From assembly GCA_016870395.1 (NCBI GenBank), contig VGBT01000001.1, positions 4,376-68,375 of the forward strand: DNA of 64,000 nt. The letters are read 5' to 3'. Below, piece by piece: positions 14,738 through 23,330 of the stretch. Below the pieces are notes generated by a model. That model was not told where the DNA came from, searched no databases, and saw nothing but the letters and a program-made list of their open reading frames with translations. Position numbers and translations under genes: made by a program. This DNA comes from Actinomycetota bacterium. Lineage in GTDB: Bacteria > Actinomycetota > Acidimicrobiia > IMCC26256 > JAENVU01. Position 1 is the stretch's first letter. Every line of letters starts with the position of its first letter.

Positions 14738-15832
14738 TCAGGAGATGCGCACGGGCATCAGGAGGTACAGGAACTCCGGGTGGTCCGAACCGCGCAGGGT
14801 TGCCGGCTTCAAAGGGTCCAGCGTCTCGAGGACGGCTTCCTCGCCGTCGATCGCCAGCAGCCCATCGAGCAGGAACTGTGGGTTGAACGCCACGGTGAGG
14901 TCGGTGCCCTCGAACTTCGCGTCCAGCGCCTCGACTGCGTCGGCGCGTTCTTGGGCCGTCGCGGAGAGCTCGAGGCAGTTGGCCGACATGGCCAGCCGAA
15001 CCGGCGTCGTGTCCCGTCCTTCGCCGACGATCTGCATCAAGCGGACCGCTTCTTCCAACGCCGCGCGCTCGATCGTCAGGCGATTCGGGTAACCCGCCGG
15101 CACGAGCTGTTCGTAGTTCGGAAACTCGCCCTCGATCAGGCGTGTCGTCACCGAGCGGGCTTCCGATGCGAACCGCACCTCACGCTCGCCGAGGGTCACC
15201 TGCACGTCACCTGACGAGAAGACGCGAGCAACCTCGTCGAGACCCCGCGCGTTCACCAACACCTTCTGTCCCTCGGCGAGCATCCCGACGCCCGCCAGGT
15301 CACGCACCGCGAGCCGGTAGGAGTCGGTCGCGACGAGACGCAGCCCACCGGTGGTCGCGGTGATCAGCACACCCGTGAGGATCGGTCGCGCGTCGTCCTT
15401 CGACGCGGCGCGCGTCACCTGCCGCAGGGCCTGTGCGAAGGGACCCGCGTCGATCGTGACCGTGGAACCTCCTGGATCGGGTGAGCGCGGGAATTCGTCG
15501 GCCGGCAGCAGACGTACGCTGGCTCGGGCCGGACCTGCAGAGATACGAGCGTCGTCGCCTTCGACCTCGAAAGTGACCGCGCCGGGTCGCAGCCGCGTCG
15601 TCAGCCCGTCGAACAGCTTGGCGGGAACGACGGCGTCACCCGGTGTCTCGACCTGGGCCGGCACCTGTACCCGGATGGTCAGGTCCAGGTCGCTTCCCAC
15701 CAGCTCGACGTGGTCGCCGACCGCGCTGACCTTCACGCCCGAGAGCACCGGCAACCCGGCGCGCTCGGCTGCCGCGCGCTGGGCAGTGCCGATGGCCTCG
15801 GCGAGGGTGTCGCGCTCGCAGCGGAACTTCAC
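14738..15832 (-). CDS. dnaN: DNA polymerase III beta sliding clamp
   Basis: 364 aa with three-domain clamp similarity (MKFRCERDTLAEAIGTAQRA...LMPVRIS). SD ggaggtgg lies before the GTG start. Position is between dnaA and recF. Confidence 0.95.
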   Translation of the reverse strand: MKFRCERDTLAEAIGTAQRAAAERAGLPVLSGVKVSAVGDHVELVGSDLDLTIRVQVPAQVETPGDAVVPAKLFDGLTTRLRPGAVTFEVEGDDARISAGPARASVRLLPADEFPRSPDPGGSTVTIDAGPFAQALRQVTRAASKDDARPILTGVLITATTGGLRLVATDSYRLAVRDLAGVGMLAEGQKVLVNARGLDEVARVFSSGDVQVTLGEREVRFASEARSVTTRLIEGEFPNYEQLVPAGYPNRLTIERAALEEAVRLMQIVGEGRDTTPVRLAMSANCLELSATAQERADAVEALDAKFEGTDLTVAFNPQFLLDGLLAIDGEEAVLETLDPLKPATLRGSDHPEFLYLLMPVRIS

Positions 15833-16057
15833 GATCCACCTCCGGGATACGAGTTCAAAGAGTTTGCTAGCATCAGTAGTAGAGCCTGTGGATTGTGGAT
15901 GACCAGCGGTCGGTGCTGGTCAGACCGGGAAGCGTCGTCCCGTGGTCGTCCACCGTTTCCCCAGGGCGGTGACGGCAAGATGTCGCGTGGGTGTGGTTCC
16001 CCACCGACGCGCCGAGATTTCCCCACCGGTCCAAAGGCTTATCCACCGGTGAGCGGC
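15833..16057. other. Putative oriC core (dnaA-dnaN spacer with DnaA boxes and an AT-rich stretch)
   Basis: - Locally AT-rich stretch gagttcaaagagtttgctagcatcagtagtagag at 15851-15884.
- Overlapping boxes TGTGGATTG (15887-15895) and TGTGGATGA (15894-15902).
- TCGTCCACC at 15946-15954.
- TTCCCCACC at 15997-16005 and 16019-16027.
- TTATCCACC at 16039-16047.
- The actinobacterial oriC is classically in this spacer. Confidence 0.6.
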
Positions 16058-17557
16058 TCATGCGCCGGTGCCGAGCCGGACGCGACTCATGAGCTCGTTC
16101 ACCTGGGCGAACACGTTGTGACGCTCGGTCATCTGCGACTTGATCTTCTCGACCGCGTGGATGACGGTCGTGTGGTCGCGGCCTCCGAACACCTCCGCGA
16201 TGCGCGGGTACGAGAAGTCGGTGAGCTCCCGGAAGACGTACATCCCGATCTGGCGAGCGGTCACAAGCGGCCGCCGCCGGCTCTTTCCGCAGAGGTCCTC
16301 GACGGTGAAGCCGAACATCTTGGCGGTCTCGTCGAGGATCAGCTCCGGGGTGACCACCCGCGGGGTCGCCGGCGGAAGGAGGTCGGCGAGGACCTGCTGG
16401 GCGACCTCCTCGGAGAGGGGCTCCCGGTTGAGGCTGGAGTACGCTGCGACCCGGATCAGAGCTCCTTCGAGCTCGCGTACGTTGTCCGAGATGTTGGAGG
16501 CGATGAAGTTCAGGACCTCGGGCGGGATCCCGTCGAGGCGCTCGGACTCCGCCTTCATGCGCAGGATCGCCAGTCGGGTCTCGAACTCGGGTGGTTGGAC
16601 GTCGGTGATCAGGCCCCACTCGAGTCGAGTGCGGAGGCGGTCCTCGAGGCGGGGGATCTGCCGGGGCGGCCGGTCCGAGGACAGCACGATCTGATTGCCG
16701 GCGCCGTGCAGCGAGTTGAAGGTGTGGAAGAACTCCTCTTGGAGCTGCTGACTGCGCTCCAGGAACTGGATGTCGTCGACGAGCAGCACATCGACCTCGC
16801 GGTAGCGACGTCGGAACGCGTTGCCGGCGTTGTTGCGGATTGCGTCGACGAACTCGTTCATCATCGTCTCGGTGGACACGTACCGAACCCGGGTGAGCTT
16901 GTGTACGTCGCGTACGTAGTTGCCGATCGCGTGCAGGAGGTGGGTCTTGCCCAGCCCCGCGGGTCCGTAGATGAACAGTGGGTTGTAGGAGCGAGCCGGG
17001 TTCTCGGCCACCGAAAGGGCTGCCGCGTGGGCGAAGCGGTTCGAGGCGCCGATCACGAACTGGTCGAAGGTGTAGCGCGGGTTGAGTGCGGTCCATGGGG
17101 CCGGGGGCTCGTCGGAGCCGAAGGCCGGCGCCGGTCCGGTGGGCGGGCCCGGCACCGCGCCCGGTGCGGCCGAGGCCGGCTCGGGGCGGTACAGCTCGTG
17201 GGCGGCCAGCTTCACCGGCTCGTCGGTGCGGGGCGTGGACTCGACCACCAGCTCCACGGCGATCTCGTCTCCGCTCACGTCGTGGAGCAGGTCACGCAGG
17301 AGGCCCGCATAGCTGGAGCGGATCCGCTCGGCCGCGACCGAGCTGGGCACGCCGAGGATCAGGACGCCGTCGGCGTAGCGGACCGGCTGGACGTCACGGA
17401 ACCATGTGGTCCAGGTTGCCTCGGTGAGTTGGGCGCGTAGCGCCGTGGCACCCGAGCGCCAGAGGTCCTGTGCCGCGGTCGCGCCGCCTTCGATCTTTTC
17501 CACAGCCCCGTCCACACGTGTGGAGAAACGATGGATGACGGACCCGAGGGCCCGCAT
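16058..17557 (-). CDS. dnaA: Chromosomal replication initiator protein DnaA
   Basis: - AAA+ core is NPLFIYGPAGLGKTHLLHAIGN, with LLVDDIQFL.
- The C-terminal DNA-binding domain contains ...VTARQIGMYVFRELTDFSYPRIAEVFGGRDHTTVIHA.
- Start is taken as ATG 17557 (MRALGS..., SD ggagcggaga).
- An alternative start is GTG 17503.
- The 687-aa longest ORF is rejected. Confidence 0.93.
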   Translation of the reverse strand: MRALGSVIHRFSTRVDGAVEKIEGGATAAQDLWRSGATALRAQLTEATWTTWFRDVQPVRYADGVLILGVPSSVAAERIRSSYAGLLRDLLHDVSGDEIAVELVVESTPRTDEPVKLAAHELYRPEPASAAPGAVPGPPTGPAPAFGSDEPPAPWTALNPRYTFDQFVIGASNRFAHAAALSVAENPARSYNPLFIYGPAGLGKTHLLHAIGNYVRDVHKLTRVRYVSTETMMNEFVDAIRNNAGNAFRRRYREVDVLLVDDIQFLERSQQLQEEFFHTFNSLHGAGNQIVLSSDRPPRQIPRLEDRLRTRLEWGLITDVQPPEFETRLAILRMKAESERLDGIPPEVLNFIASNISDNVRELEGALIRVAAYSSLNREPLSEEVAQQVLADLLPPATPRVVTPELILDETAKMFGFTVEDLCGKSRRRPLVTARQIGMYVFRELTDFSYPRIAEVFGGRDHTTVIHAVEKIKSQMTERHNVFAQVNELMSRVRLGTGA

Positions 17558-17847
17558 CACCTGTCTCCGCTCCGTCGGCCTGCCGCGGACCTGACGGTCC
17601 GACGGGGAAGTGCGCCGCATCGAGGCCGATGCGATCGGCGCGCGGGCGACCGTAGCAAAGCCGCTCCGCGAGTCACAAGGGGAGCGGTCCAGATCGCGTT
17701 GCGACATTTCTCGCCCGTTCGTGGGGAGATCCCCAAAACCTGGGACCGATCGCGCGGTTGGTGGGGAGATGTCCACCGTGGAGCACGCTACGTGACGTCG
17801 ACCGGCGGTCACGGTGAGCCACGCCGCTCGACAGCGCTGGCGTCGCG

Positions 17848-17877
17848 TTGCGAGCACCGGTTGCCGCGCCATACACT
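17848..17877 (+). promoter_or_regulatory. Possible sigma-70-type promoter for rpmH
   Basis: TTGCGA (17848-17853), an 18-nt spacer, then TACACT (17872-17877), about 90 nt upstream of the rpmH start. This is pattern only. Confidence 0.3.
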
Positions 17878-17966
17878 CTGCCGTTTCGCCGATCCCCGCC
17901 GGGCCGGCCCACCCCCTGCTGCAGGGCCCGCCCCACCCACGGGCGACCCCTCCGAGGAGGCCATGC

Positions 17967-18101
17967 GTGAAGCGGACCTTCCAGCCGAACAACCGGAAGC
18001 GCAAGAAGAAGCACGGGTTCCGCCTTCGGATGAAGACCCGCGCCGGGCGGGCCGTGCTCAAATCGCGGCGCGCCCGGGGCCGCGCCCGCCTCTCAGCCTG
18101 A
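17967..18101 (+). CDS. rpmH: 50S ribosomal protein L34
   Basis: [44 protein letters not shown]. The GTG start is preceded by SD gaggagg. Confidence 0.92.
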   Translation: MKRTFQPNNRKRKKKHGFRLRMKTRAGRAVLKSRRARGRARLSA

Positions 18102-18421
18102 TCTGGCGAGTCCGCGGTCATGGAGCGTTCCGGGACCTCTTACGAGCGCCGATGCGCAGAGACGGACCCCTGTGGCTACGGTTCCGGGCCGGCGAGGGGC
18201 CTGAGCCCCCGCGGGTCGCGTACGCGGTCGGTCGCAAGGTGGGCCCCGCTCCAGTGCGCAATCGGCTCCGACGTCGCCTCCGAGCGGCCGTCGACGAGAT
18301 GGCCGGCGAGCTGTCGGCCGGCGCGAGCTACCTGTTCGGTGCGGAGGCCGCGGCCGTGAGGCTCAGCCCCGACGAGCTGCGAGCGGCCGTGCGCCGACTG
18401 GTGAGCGGAGCGCCGCGATGA
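18098..18421 (+). CDS. rnpA: Ribonuclease P protein component
   Basis: ...[19 protein letters not shown]...[28 protein letters not shown] carries the RnpA RNR motif. The start is uncertain: no ATG/GTG/TTG lies between the rpmH region and the conserved N-terminal segment, so CTG 18098 (overlapping the rpmH stop) is used. Confidence 0.75.
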   Translation: MIWRVRGHGAFRDLLRAPMRRDGPLWLRFRAGEGPEPPRVAYAVGRKVGPAPVRNRLRRRLRAAVDEMAGELSAGASYLFGAEAAAVRLSPDELRAAVRRLVSGAPR

Positions 18422-18690
18422 CGGCTCCGATGATCACACGCCGCCCGAGGCTGGCCGCGCGCATCGGGATCCGGTGCATTCGGGGCTACCAGCACCTCAT
18501 GGCGTGGGCCCCGCCGCGCTGTCGCTTCTTCCCCACCTGCTCCCAGTACACGCTCGAGGCGATCGAGGGTCACGGGTCGTTGCGCGGGACCTGGCTGGGT
18601 CTCCGGCGCATCGGACGGTGCCATCCCTGGCATCTCGGCGGCGTCGATCATGTTCCCGAGCCGAACACACGTTCGCATCCATCGAGGTAG
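18418..18690 (+). CDS. yidD: Membrane protein insertion efficiency factor YidD
   Basis: ATGA overlap with rnpA. The conserved sequence is [52 protein letters not shown]. Confidence 0.9.
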   Translation: MTAPMITRRPRLAARIGIRCIRGYQHLMAWAPPRCRFFPTCSQYTLEAIEGHGSLRGTWLGLRRIGRCHPWHLGGVDHVPEPNTRSHPSR

Positions 18691-18695
18691 GTCTC

Positions 18696-19673
18696 GTGCA
18701 AGAGGTCTGGGACGCTATTCGAGAAGGCCTGGGCTGGCTCCTGGCCTTCTTCTACTCGATCATCCCCAATACGGGCGTCTCGATCATCATGCTCACCGTC
18801 GTGGTGAGGTTGGCCCTGTTCCCGCTGACGGCCAAGCAGGCGAAGTCGATGATCGCCATGCAGAAGGCCCAGCCGGAGATCAAGAAGATCCAGGCCAAGT
18901 ACAAGAACTCCAAGGACCCGCAGGCCCGCCAGAAGCTCAACGAGGAGCTGATGGCGTTCTACAAGGAGCACAAGATCAACCCCCTCGGGGGTTGTCTGCC
19001 GATCCTCGCTCAGATGCCGGTCTTCCTCGCGCTGTACCAGACGCTGAACCAGATCCAGAAGTTCATCCCCACCGATTCGCAGATGTTCGCCGACGTCTGC
19101 GGATCGGCGACGACGGCCGCGCAGTGCAAGAACCCGCAGCTCATCTTTTTCGGGATGGATCTCACCCAGTCCGCGAGCGCGGCCAAGGGCGGCTTCGGAT
19201 CCGCGCTCCCCTACTTCGTGCTGGTCGGCCTGGTGGTCGTGACCGCGTACCTGCAGCAGCGCCAGACGATGCGGGCCCAGACGCAGGCCAACCCGCAGAT
19301 GCAGGTGATCGGCAAGGTCTTGCCGGTCGTGTTCGGGTTCATCGCCCTCAGCATGCCGGCGGGCGTCACCCTCTACTTCTTCACCAGCAACCTCTGGCAG
19401 CTCGGCCAGCAGGAGGTCGTGTACCGCAAGTACCACTCGCCGCAGGGCGCGGGTGGTGGGGGCAGGGGCGACGCCGGAGGAAAGGGCGGCGGCGCCGCGA
19501 TCGAGGCGAAGAGCACCGAGGTCACCAAGGACAAGAGCGGCGGCAAGACCAACGCCGCCAAGGGGGCGGACAACGCTGCGGCCAAGGGTGGCGGCGGAAC
19601 TGCCTCGGGAGGCGGATCCGGTGGCAGCGGCGGGACGAACCGCCGCCGGAACAACCGAAAGCGGAAGCGATAG
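18696..19673 (+). CDS. yidC: Membrane protein insertase YidC
   Basis: GTG 18696 follows SD gaggtagg. The sequence is ...IIMLTVVVRLALFPLTAKQAKSMIAMQKAQPEIKKIQAKYKN...GCLPILAQMPVFLALY. The C-terminal tail is basic and Gly-rich. Confidence 0.9.
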   Translation: MQEVWDAIREGLGWLLAFFYSIIPNTGVSIIMLTVVVRLALFPLTAKQAKSMIAMQKAQPEIKKIQAKYKNSKDPQARQKLNEELMAFYKEHKINPLGGCLPILAQMPVFLALYQTLNQIQKFIPTDSQMFADVCGSATTAAQCKNPQLIFFGMDLTQSASAAKGGFGSALPYFVLVGLVVVTAYLQQRQTMRAQTQANPQMQVIGKVLPVVFGFIALSMPAGVTLYFFTSNLWQLGQQEVVYRKYHSPQGAGGGGRGDAGGKGGGAAIEAKSTEVTKDKSGGKTNAAKGADNAAAKGGGGTASGGGSGGSGGTNRRRNNRKRKR

Positions 19674-20489
19674 ATGGAGTGGGTAGAGACCACCGGGCGT
19701 ACGGTTCCAGAGGCCCTCGACGCTGCCCTGGACATGCTCGGGGTGCACGAGGACGAGGTCGAGTTCGAGGTGCTCGTGGAGCCCAAGTCGGGGTTCCTCG
19801 GCCGGTTCGGCGGGGCGGACGCGCGCATCCGAGCGCGGGTGAAGCCGGTGTCGCGGGAGAAGCCAGGTGACCGGCGCCGGCGCAAGCAGGGACGAAGGCG
19901 TGAAGGCGGGGGTGGCGATCGGCGTAGCGACGGCCGTCGTCCGCGAAACGGAGGGCGGGGGGCAAAGCCCCGCGCGGACGAGAAGGCACGACCCAACGAG
20001 GGAGAGCAGCAGATGAGCGAGTCGGCGACGATCCCGATCGAGGAGCAGGCGGCAGCCGCGGTGGAGTTCGCCGCCGGTCTGGTCGACGCTTTCGGCTCTC
20101 GGGCCGAAGTCACGTCCGTGATCGACGACGACGTGATCAACGTCGACGTCGCCGGCGACGATCTCGGACTGCTGGTCGGGCCGAAGGGAGCGACGCTCCA
20201 GGCGATCGAAGAGCTCGTGCGTGCCGTCGTCCAGCGCGAGAGCGGGGGATACGGTGCCCGGGTCTACGTCGACGTCGCCGGGTATCGGGCCAAGCGTCGG
20301 ATCGCGCTCGAGGCCTTCACCCGGAAGATCGTGGCCGAGGTCGTCGAGTCGGGCGAGGAGCAGGCGCTCGAGCCCATGGGTGCGGCCGACCGGAAGGTCG
20401 TCCACGACACGGTCAACGAGATCGACGGGGTGGAGACCCTCTCCGAGGGTGAGGATCCGCGCCGCTACGTCGTGATCCGTCCGCTCTGA
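19674..20489 (+). CDS. jag: Jag/KhpB-type RNA-binding protein (Jag_N, KH, R3H domains)
   Basis: MEWVETTGRTVPEALDAALDMLGV... is the Jag N domain. The C-terminal R3H is EPMGAADRKVVHDTVNEIDGVETLSEGEDPRRYVVIRP. The gene starts directly after the yidC stop. Confidence 0.85.
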   Translation: MEWVETTGRTVPEALDAALDMLGVHEDEVEFEVLVEPKSGFLGRFGGADARIRARVKPVSREKPGDRRRRKQGRRREGGGGDRRSDGRRPRNGGRGAKPRADEKARPNEGEQQMSESATIPIEEQAAAAVEFAAGLVDAFGSRAEVTSVIDDDVINVDVAGDDLGLLVGPKGATLQAIEELVRAVVQRESGGYGARVYVDVAGYRAKRRIALEAFTRKIVAEVVESGEEQALEPMGAADRKVVHDTVNEIDGVETLSEGEDPRRYVVIRPL

Positions 20490-20491
20490 CG

Positions 20492-21115
20492 GTGACTCCG
20501 GGGTCGGCTCCGGAGCTCGTGGAGCTGCTCGAGCATGCCCGGGAGATCGGCCTGCTCGGACCCGGGCCGATCGGCAAGCACTTGGCGCACGCATCGGCCT
20601 GGGCGTCCGCGCTGGGGCCCTTCGGAGGTCGGCTGCTTGATCTGGGCAGCGGGGCCGGGGTGCCCGGCCTGATCCTGGCCCTGGCCTGGCCGGACTGCGA
20701 GCCCGTTCTGCTGGATGCCTCCAGGCGCCGAGTCGCGTGGCTGCGCCACTCCATCCGGAAGCTCTCGCTCGAGGATCGGGCCGTGGCCGTGGCCGCGAGG
20801 GCCGAGATGGCCGGACACGACCCGCGGTATCGGGAGCGGTTCGATCTCGTGGTCGCGCGAGGCTTCGGCCCTCCGGCGGCTACCGCCGAGTGCGGTGCCG
20901 CGTTCGTGACCCCCGGGGGACGGCTGAGCGTGAGCGAGCCCCCCGGTGAGGCGCCCGGCCGGTGGCCCGAGGGCCGGCTCGAGGATCTGGGATTCGGGCC
21001 GGCGTCCCGAGTCGTGCACGGGCGCGCCTCGTTCGTTATCCTGCCGAAGCGGGGGGCGATCGCCGAGCGCTGGCCGCGCCGGAATGGCCGCCCGCACCGT
21101 CGCCCGCTCTGGTAG
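20492..21115 (+). CDS. rsmG: 16S rRNA (guanine527-N7)-methyltransferase RsmG/GidB
   Basis: SAM motif LLDLGSGAGVPGLILALAW, plus RRVAWL...FDLVVARGF. It sits in the conserved position before parA. Confidence 0.9.
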   Translation: MTPGSAPELVELLEHAREIGLLGPGPIGKHLAHASAWASALGPFGGRLLDLGSGAGVPGLILALAWPDCEPVLLDASRRRVAWLRHSIRKLSLEDRAVAVAARAEMAGHDPRYRERFDLVVARGFGPPAATAECGAAFVTPGGRLSVSEPPGEAPGRWPEGRLEDLGFGPASRVVHGRASFVILPKRGAIAERWPRRNGRPHRRPLW

Positions 21116-21156
21116 CTGCACGCGGACCACCTCACCGGCGCCGCGTGGAGCCGGAA

Positions 21157-21172
21157 TGTTTCACGTGGAACA
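21157..21172. promoter_or_regulatory. parS centromere-like site
   Basis: TGTTTCACGTGGAACA is the exact reverse complement of the canonical parS 16-mer TGTTCCACGTGAAACA. It lies in the rsmG-parA spacer. Confidence 0.85.
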
Positions 21173-21234
21173 TGCTCGAAACCCTTGACCAGCGCCTGAG
21201 GGTGGTCGAGGATCCAGTCCGACGAGGAGGTCAG

Positions 21235-22464
21235 ATGGAGGGGAGCGACGGAAAGCGTCGAGGACGCCGCCTGTTCGGAGCCCGGCGTCGCCCCGACGAG
21301 CCGGTCGAGACCCCTGCAGACGATTCGGAGGTGAGCGATCTGGCCACGCCATCGACTCCCACGAGCCCGTCCGAGCCTGCTTCCGCAGCCGCGGTCCCGG
21401 GTGCGGCGCCCGCACTGCCGAATGCCGCCCAGCCACCTGCCGCCGAGCCAGCGCGCAGCGACCGGGTCGCGGCCTCGGCGAGCGTGGTGGTGCCATCACC
21501 CGATCAAGGGACGGTCGATAGTCCCGGCTCCGCCACTGCGGACGCGGCCGCGCCTCGCGCCGTGCCCGGTCCCGAGGTGACGCGGGCGGTGACGGAGCCG
21601 TCCGCCCCACCTGCCTCCGCCCAGATTGTCGGGGGCTCGGTCGAGCCGACGCCACCCCAGGCGCCCGAGCCGGCGGCGGATTACGAGCTGCCGCGGATCA
21701 TCGCTATCGCGAACCAGAAGGGCGGGGTGGGCAAGACCACCACCTCCGTGAACCTGGGTGCAGCGCTGGCCGAGCTCGATTTCCGGGTCCTGGTGATCGA
21801 CCTCGATCCGCAGGGGAACGCGACAACCGGGCTCGGGATCAACGCCCGCAACCTCCAGGCCTCGATCTACGACGTGGTCATGAACGACGCCGCGCTGGAG
21901 GACTGCATCGAGCCGACGTCGTTGAAGAACCTCTTTCTGGCTCCCGCCACGATCGATCTGGCGGGGGCGGAGATCGAGCTGGTCCCCGCGTTCAGCCGCG
22001 AGCTCAAGCTCCGGCGGGCCCTCGAGGAAATCAGAGACGAGTACGACTACGTGATCATCGACTGCCCCCCTTCGCTCGGCCTGTTGACCGTCAACGGGCT
22101 CGCGGCGGCCGACGACGTGATCGTCCCGATCCAGTGCGAGTACTACGCGCTCGAAGGTCTAAGCCAGCTCGTTCGCAACGTGGAGCTCGTCCAGAAGAAC
22201 CTCAACCGCGGACTCGACGTGAGAGGCATCGTCCTGACGATGTACGACGCGCGCACGAAGCTGGCCGACCAGGTCGAGAAGGAGGTGCGCAACCACTTCG
22301 GACCCCGGGTCTACCAGACGGTGGTGCCCCGGACCGTGCGGCTCTCGGAGGCTCCGTCCTTCGGGCAGCCGATCATCCTGTTCGACCCGACTTCCCGCGG
22401 CGCGGTGGCGTACCGGGAGCTGGCGAAAGAGGTGAGCAGTGGCGCGACGCGGCGGGCTGGGTAA
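21235..22464 (+). CDS. parA: Chromosome partitioning ATPase ParA/Soj with a long Pro/Ala/Ser-rich N-terminal extension
   Basis: Deviant Walker A is IAIANQKGGVGKTTTSVNLG, with VLVIDLDPQGNAT and a ParA C-terminal helix. ATG 21235 is preceded by SD gaggagg. About 150 aa of low-complexity sequence precede the ATPase core. Confidence 0.9.
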   Translation: MEGSDGKRRGRRLFGARRRPDEPVETPADDSEVSDLATPSTPTSPSEPASAAAVPGAAPALPNAAQPPAAEPARSDRVAASASVVVPSPDQGTVDSPGSATADAAAPRAVPGPEVTRAVTEPSAPPASAQIVGGSVEPTPPQAPEPAADYELPRIIAIANQKGGVGKTTTSVNLGAALAELDFRVLVIDLDPQGNATTGLGINARNLQASIYDVVMNDAALEDCIEPTSLKNLFLAPATIDLAGAEIELVPAFSRELKLRRALEEIRDEYDYVIIDCPPSLGLLTVNGLAAADDVIVPIQCEYYALEGLSQLVRNVELVQKNLNRGLDVRGIVLTMYDARTKLADQVEKEVRNHFGPRVYQTVVPRTVRLSEAPSFGQPIILFDPTSRGAVAYRELAKEVSSGATRRAG

Positions 22465-23302
22465 GGGACTGGGGGCACTGATCCCCGCCGGTTCGACGGA
22501 GGGGTCAGGTGGGCTCGAGGAGATCCCGGTGGCCGCGATCCGGCCGAACCCCTATCAACCCCGGGAACACTTCGACGAGGAGGAGCTGGCGGCGCTGGCG
22601 GAGTCGGTGCGCGAGGTCGGGATCCTCCAGCCGGTTCTCGTGCGGTCGGTGGGCGACGGCTTCGAGCTGATCGCCGGCGAGCGGCGGTGGCGGGCCGCCC
22701 GCAGGGTGGGGCTGCAGCAGATCCCTGCCTTGGTGCGCGACACGGATGACGCGTCGGCCCTCGAGCACGCCTTGGTGGAGAACGTGCACCGTGCGGACCT
22801 GAACTCCATCGAGGAGGCGGCCGCGTACCAGCAGCTCGTCGAGGACTTCGGCCTCACCCACGAGGAGGTTGCGGCACGAGTCGGGCGGAGCCGGGCGACG
22901 GTGTCGAACACCCTGCGCCTCCTGCAGCTTCCCCCGACCGTGCAGCGCATGGTCCGCGACCGAGCGCTGTCGATGGGACACGCCCGCGCCCTGCTCGGCA
23001 CCCCCGACCGGGCCCTCCAGGAGCAGCTGGCCAAGCGGATCGTGGCCGAGGAGCTTTCGGTGCGAGCGGTGGAAGAGCTCCTGCGCACCGAGCCCGAGGT
23101 CACGGCGAACGACTCGGCCGTCGATGCCGCCGTTGCGACCCGGCGCCTTCGTCCCCCTGGGCTGGTCGAGCTGGAGCAGCTGCTAGGCGACCATCTCGAC
23201 ACCCGCGTCAAGATCGACATGGGGACCAAGCGAGGGAAGGTCGCCATCGAGTTCTCCACCCTCGAGGATCTCGAGCGGATTTACAAGCTGATCACGGAGT
23301 AG
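22439..23302 (+). CDS. parB: Chromosome partitioning protein ParB
   Basis: MARRGGLGKGLGALIP... The ParB box is QPVLVRSVGDGFELIAGERRWRAA and the HTH is THEEVAARVGRSRATVSNTLRLL. The gene overlaps the parA 3' end. Confidence 0.95.
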   Translation: MARRGGLGKGLGALIPAGSTEGSGGLEEIPVAAIRPNPYQPREHFDEEELAALAESVREVGILQPVLVRSVGDGFELIAGERRWRAARRVGLQQIPALVRDTDDASALEHALVENVHRADLNSIEEAAAYQQLVEDFGLTHEEVAARVGRSRATVSNTLRLLQLPPTVQRMVRDRALSMGHARALLGTPDRALQEQLAKRIVAEELSVRAVEELLRTEPEVTANDSAVDAAVATRRLRPPGLVELEQLLGDHLDTRVKIDMGTKRGKVAIEFSTLEDLERIYKLITE

Positions 23303-23330
23303 TTGCCGAGCGGCCCGGCGCAGCCCACGG

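Noticed and set aside
15710-17440. 576-aa plus-strand ORF across the dnaN start, oriC spacer and dnaA
   Set aside because: It runs antisense to dnaA and through the non-coding origin spacer. It has no homology features.
17531-18097. Upstream part of the 296-aa ORF containing rnpA (ATG 17963 start)
   Set aside because: It would overlap the entire rpmH gene in another frame and part of dnaA upstream DNA. The sequence is not RnpA-like before residue 190 or so.
17558-18121. N-terminal 188 codons of the 687-aa longest dnaA ORF
   Set aside because: The extension is Arg/Pro-rich and unlike any DnaA domain I. It would run through the rpmH promoter and antisense through rpmH. A well-placed ATG with an SD exists at 17557.
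18648-20594. 648-aa minus-strand ORF opposite yidC/jag, and 38321-39985 plus-strand ORF opposite ino1
   Set aside because: Both are antisense to genes with clear family signatures. They are typical long spurious ORFs of GC-rich genomes.
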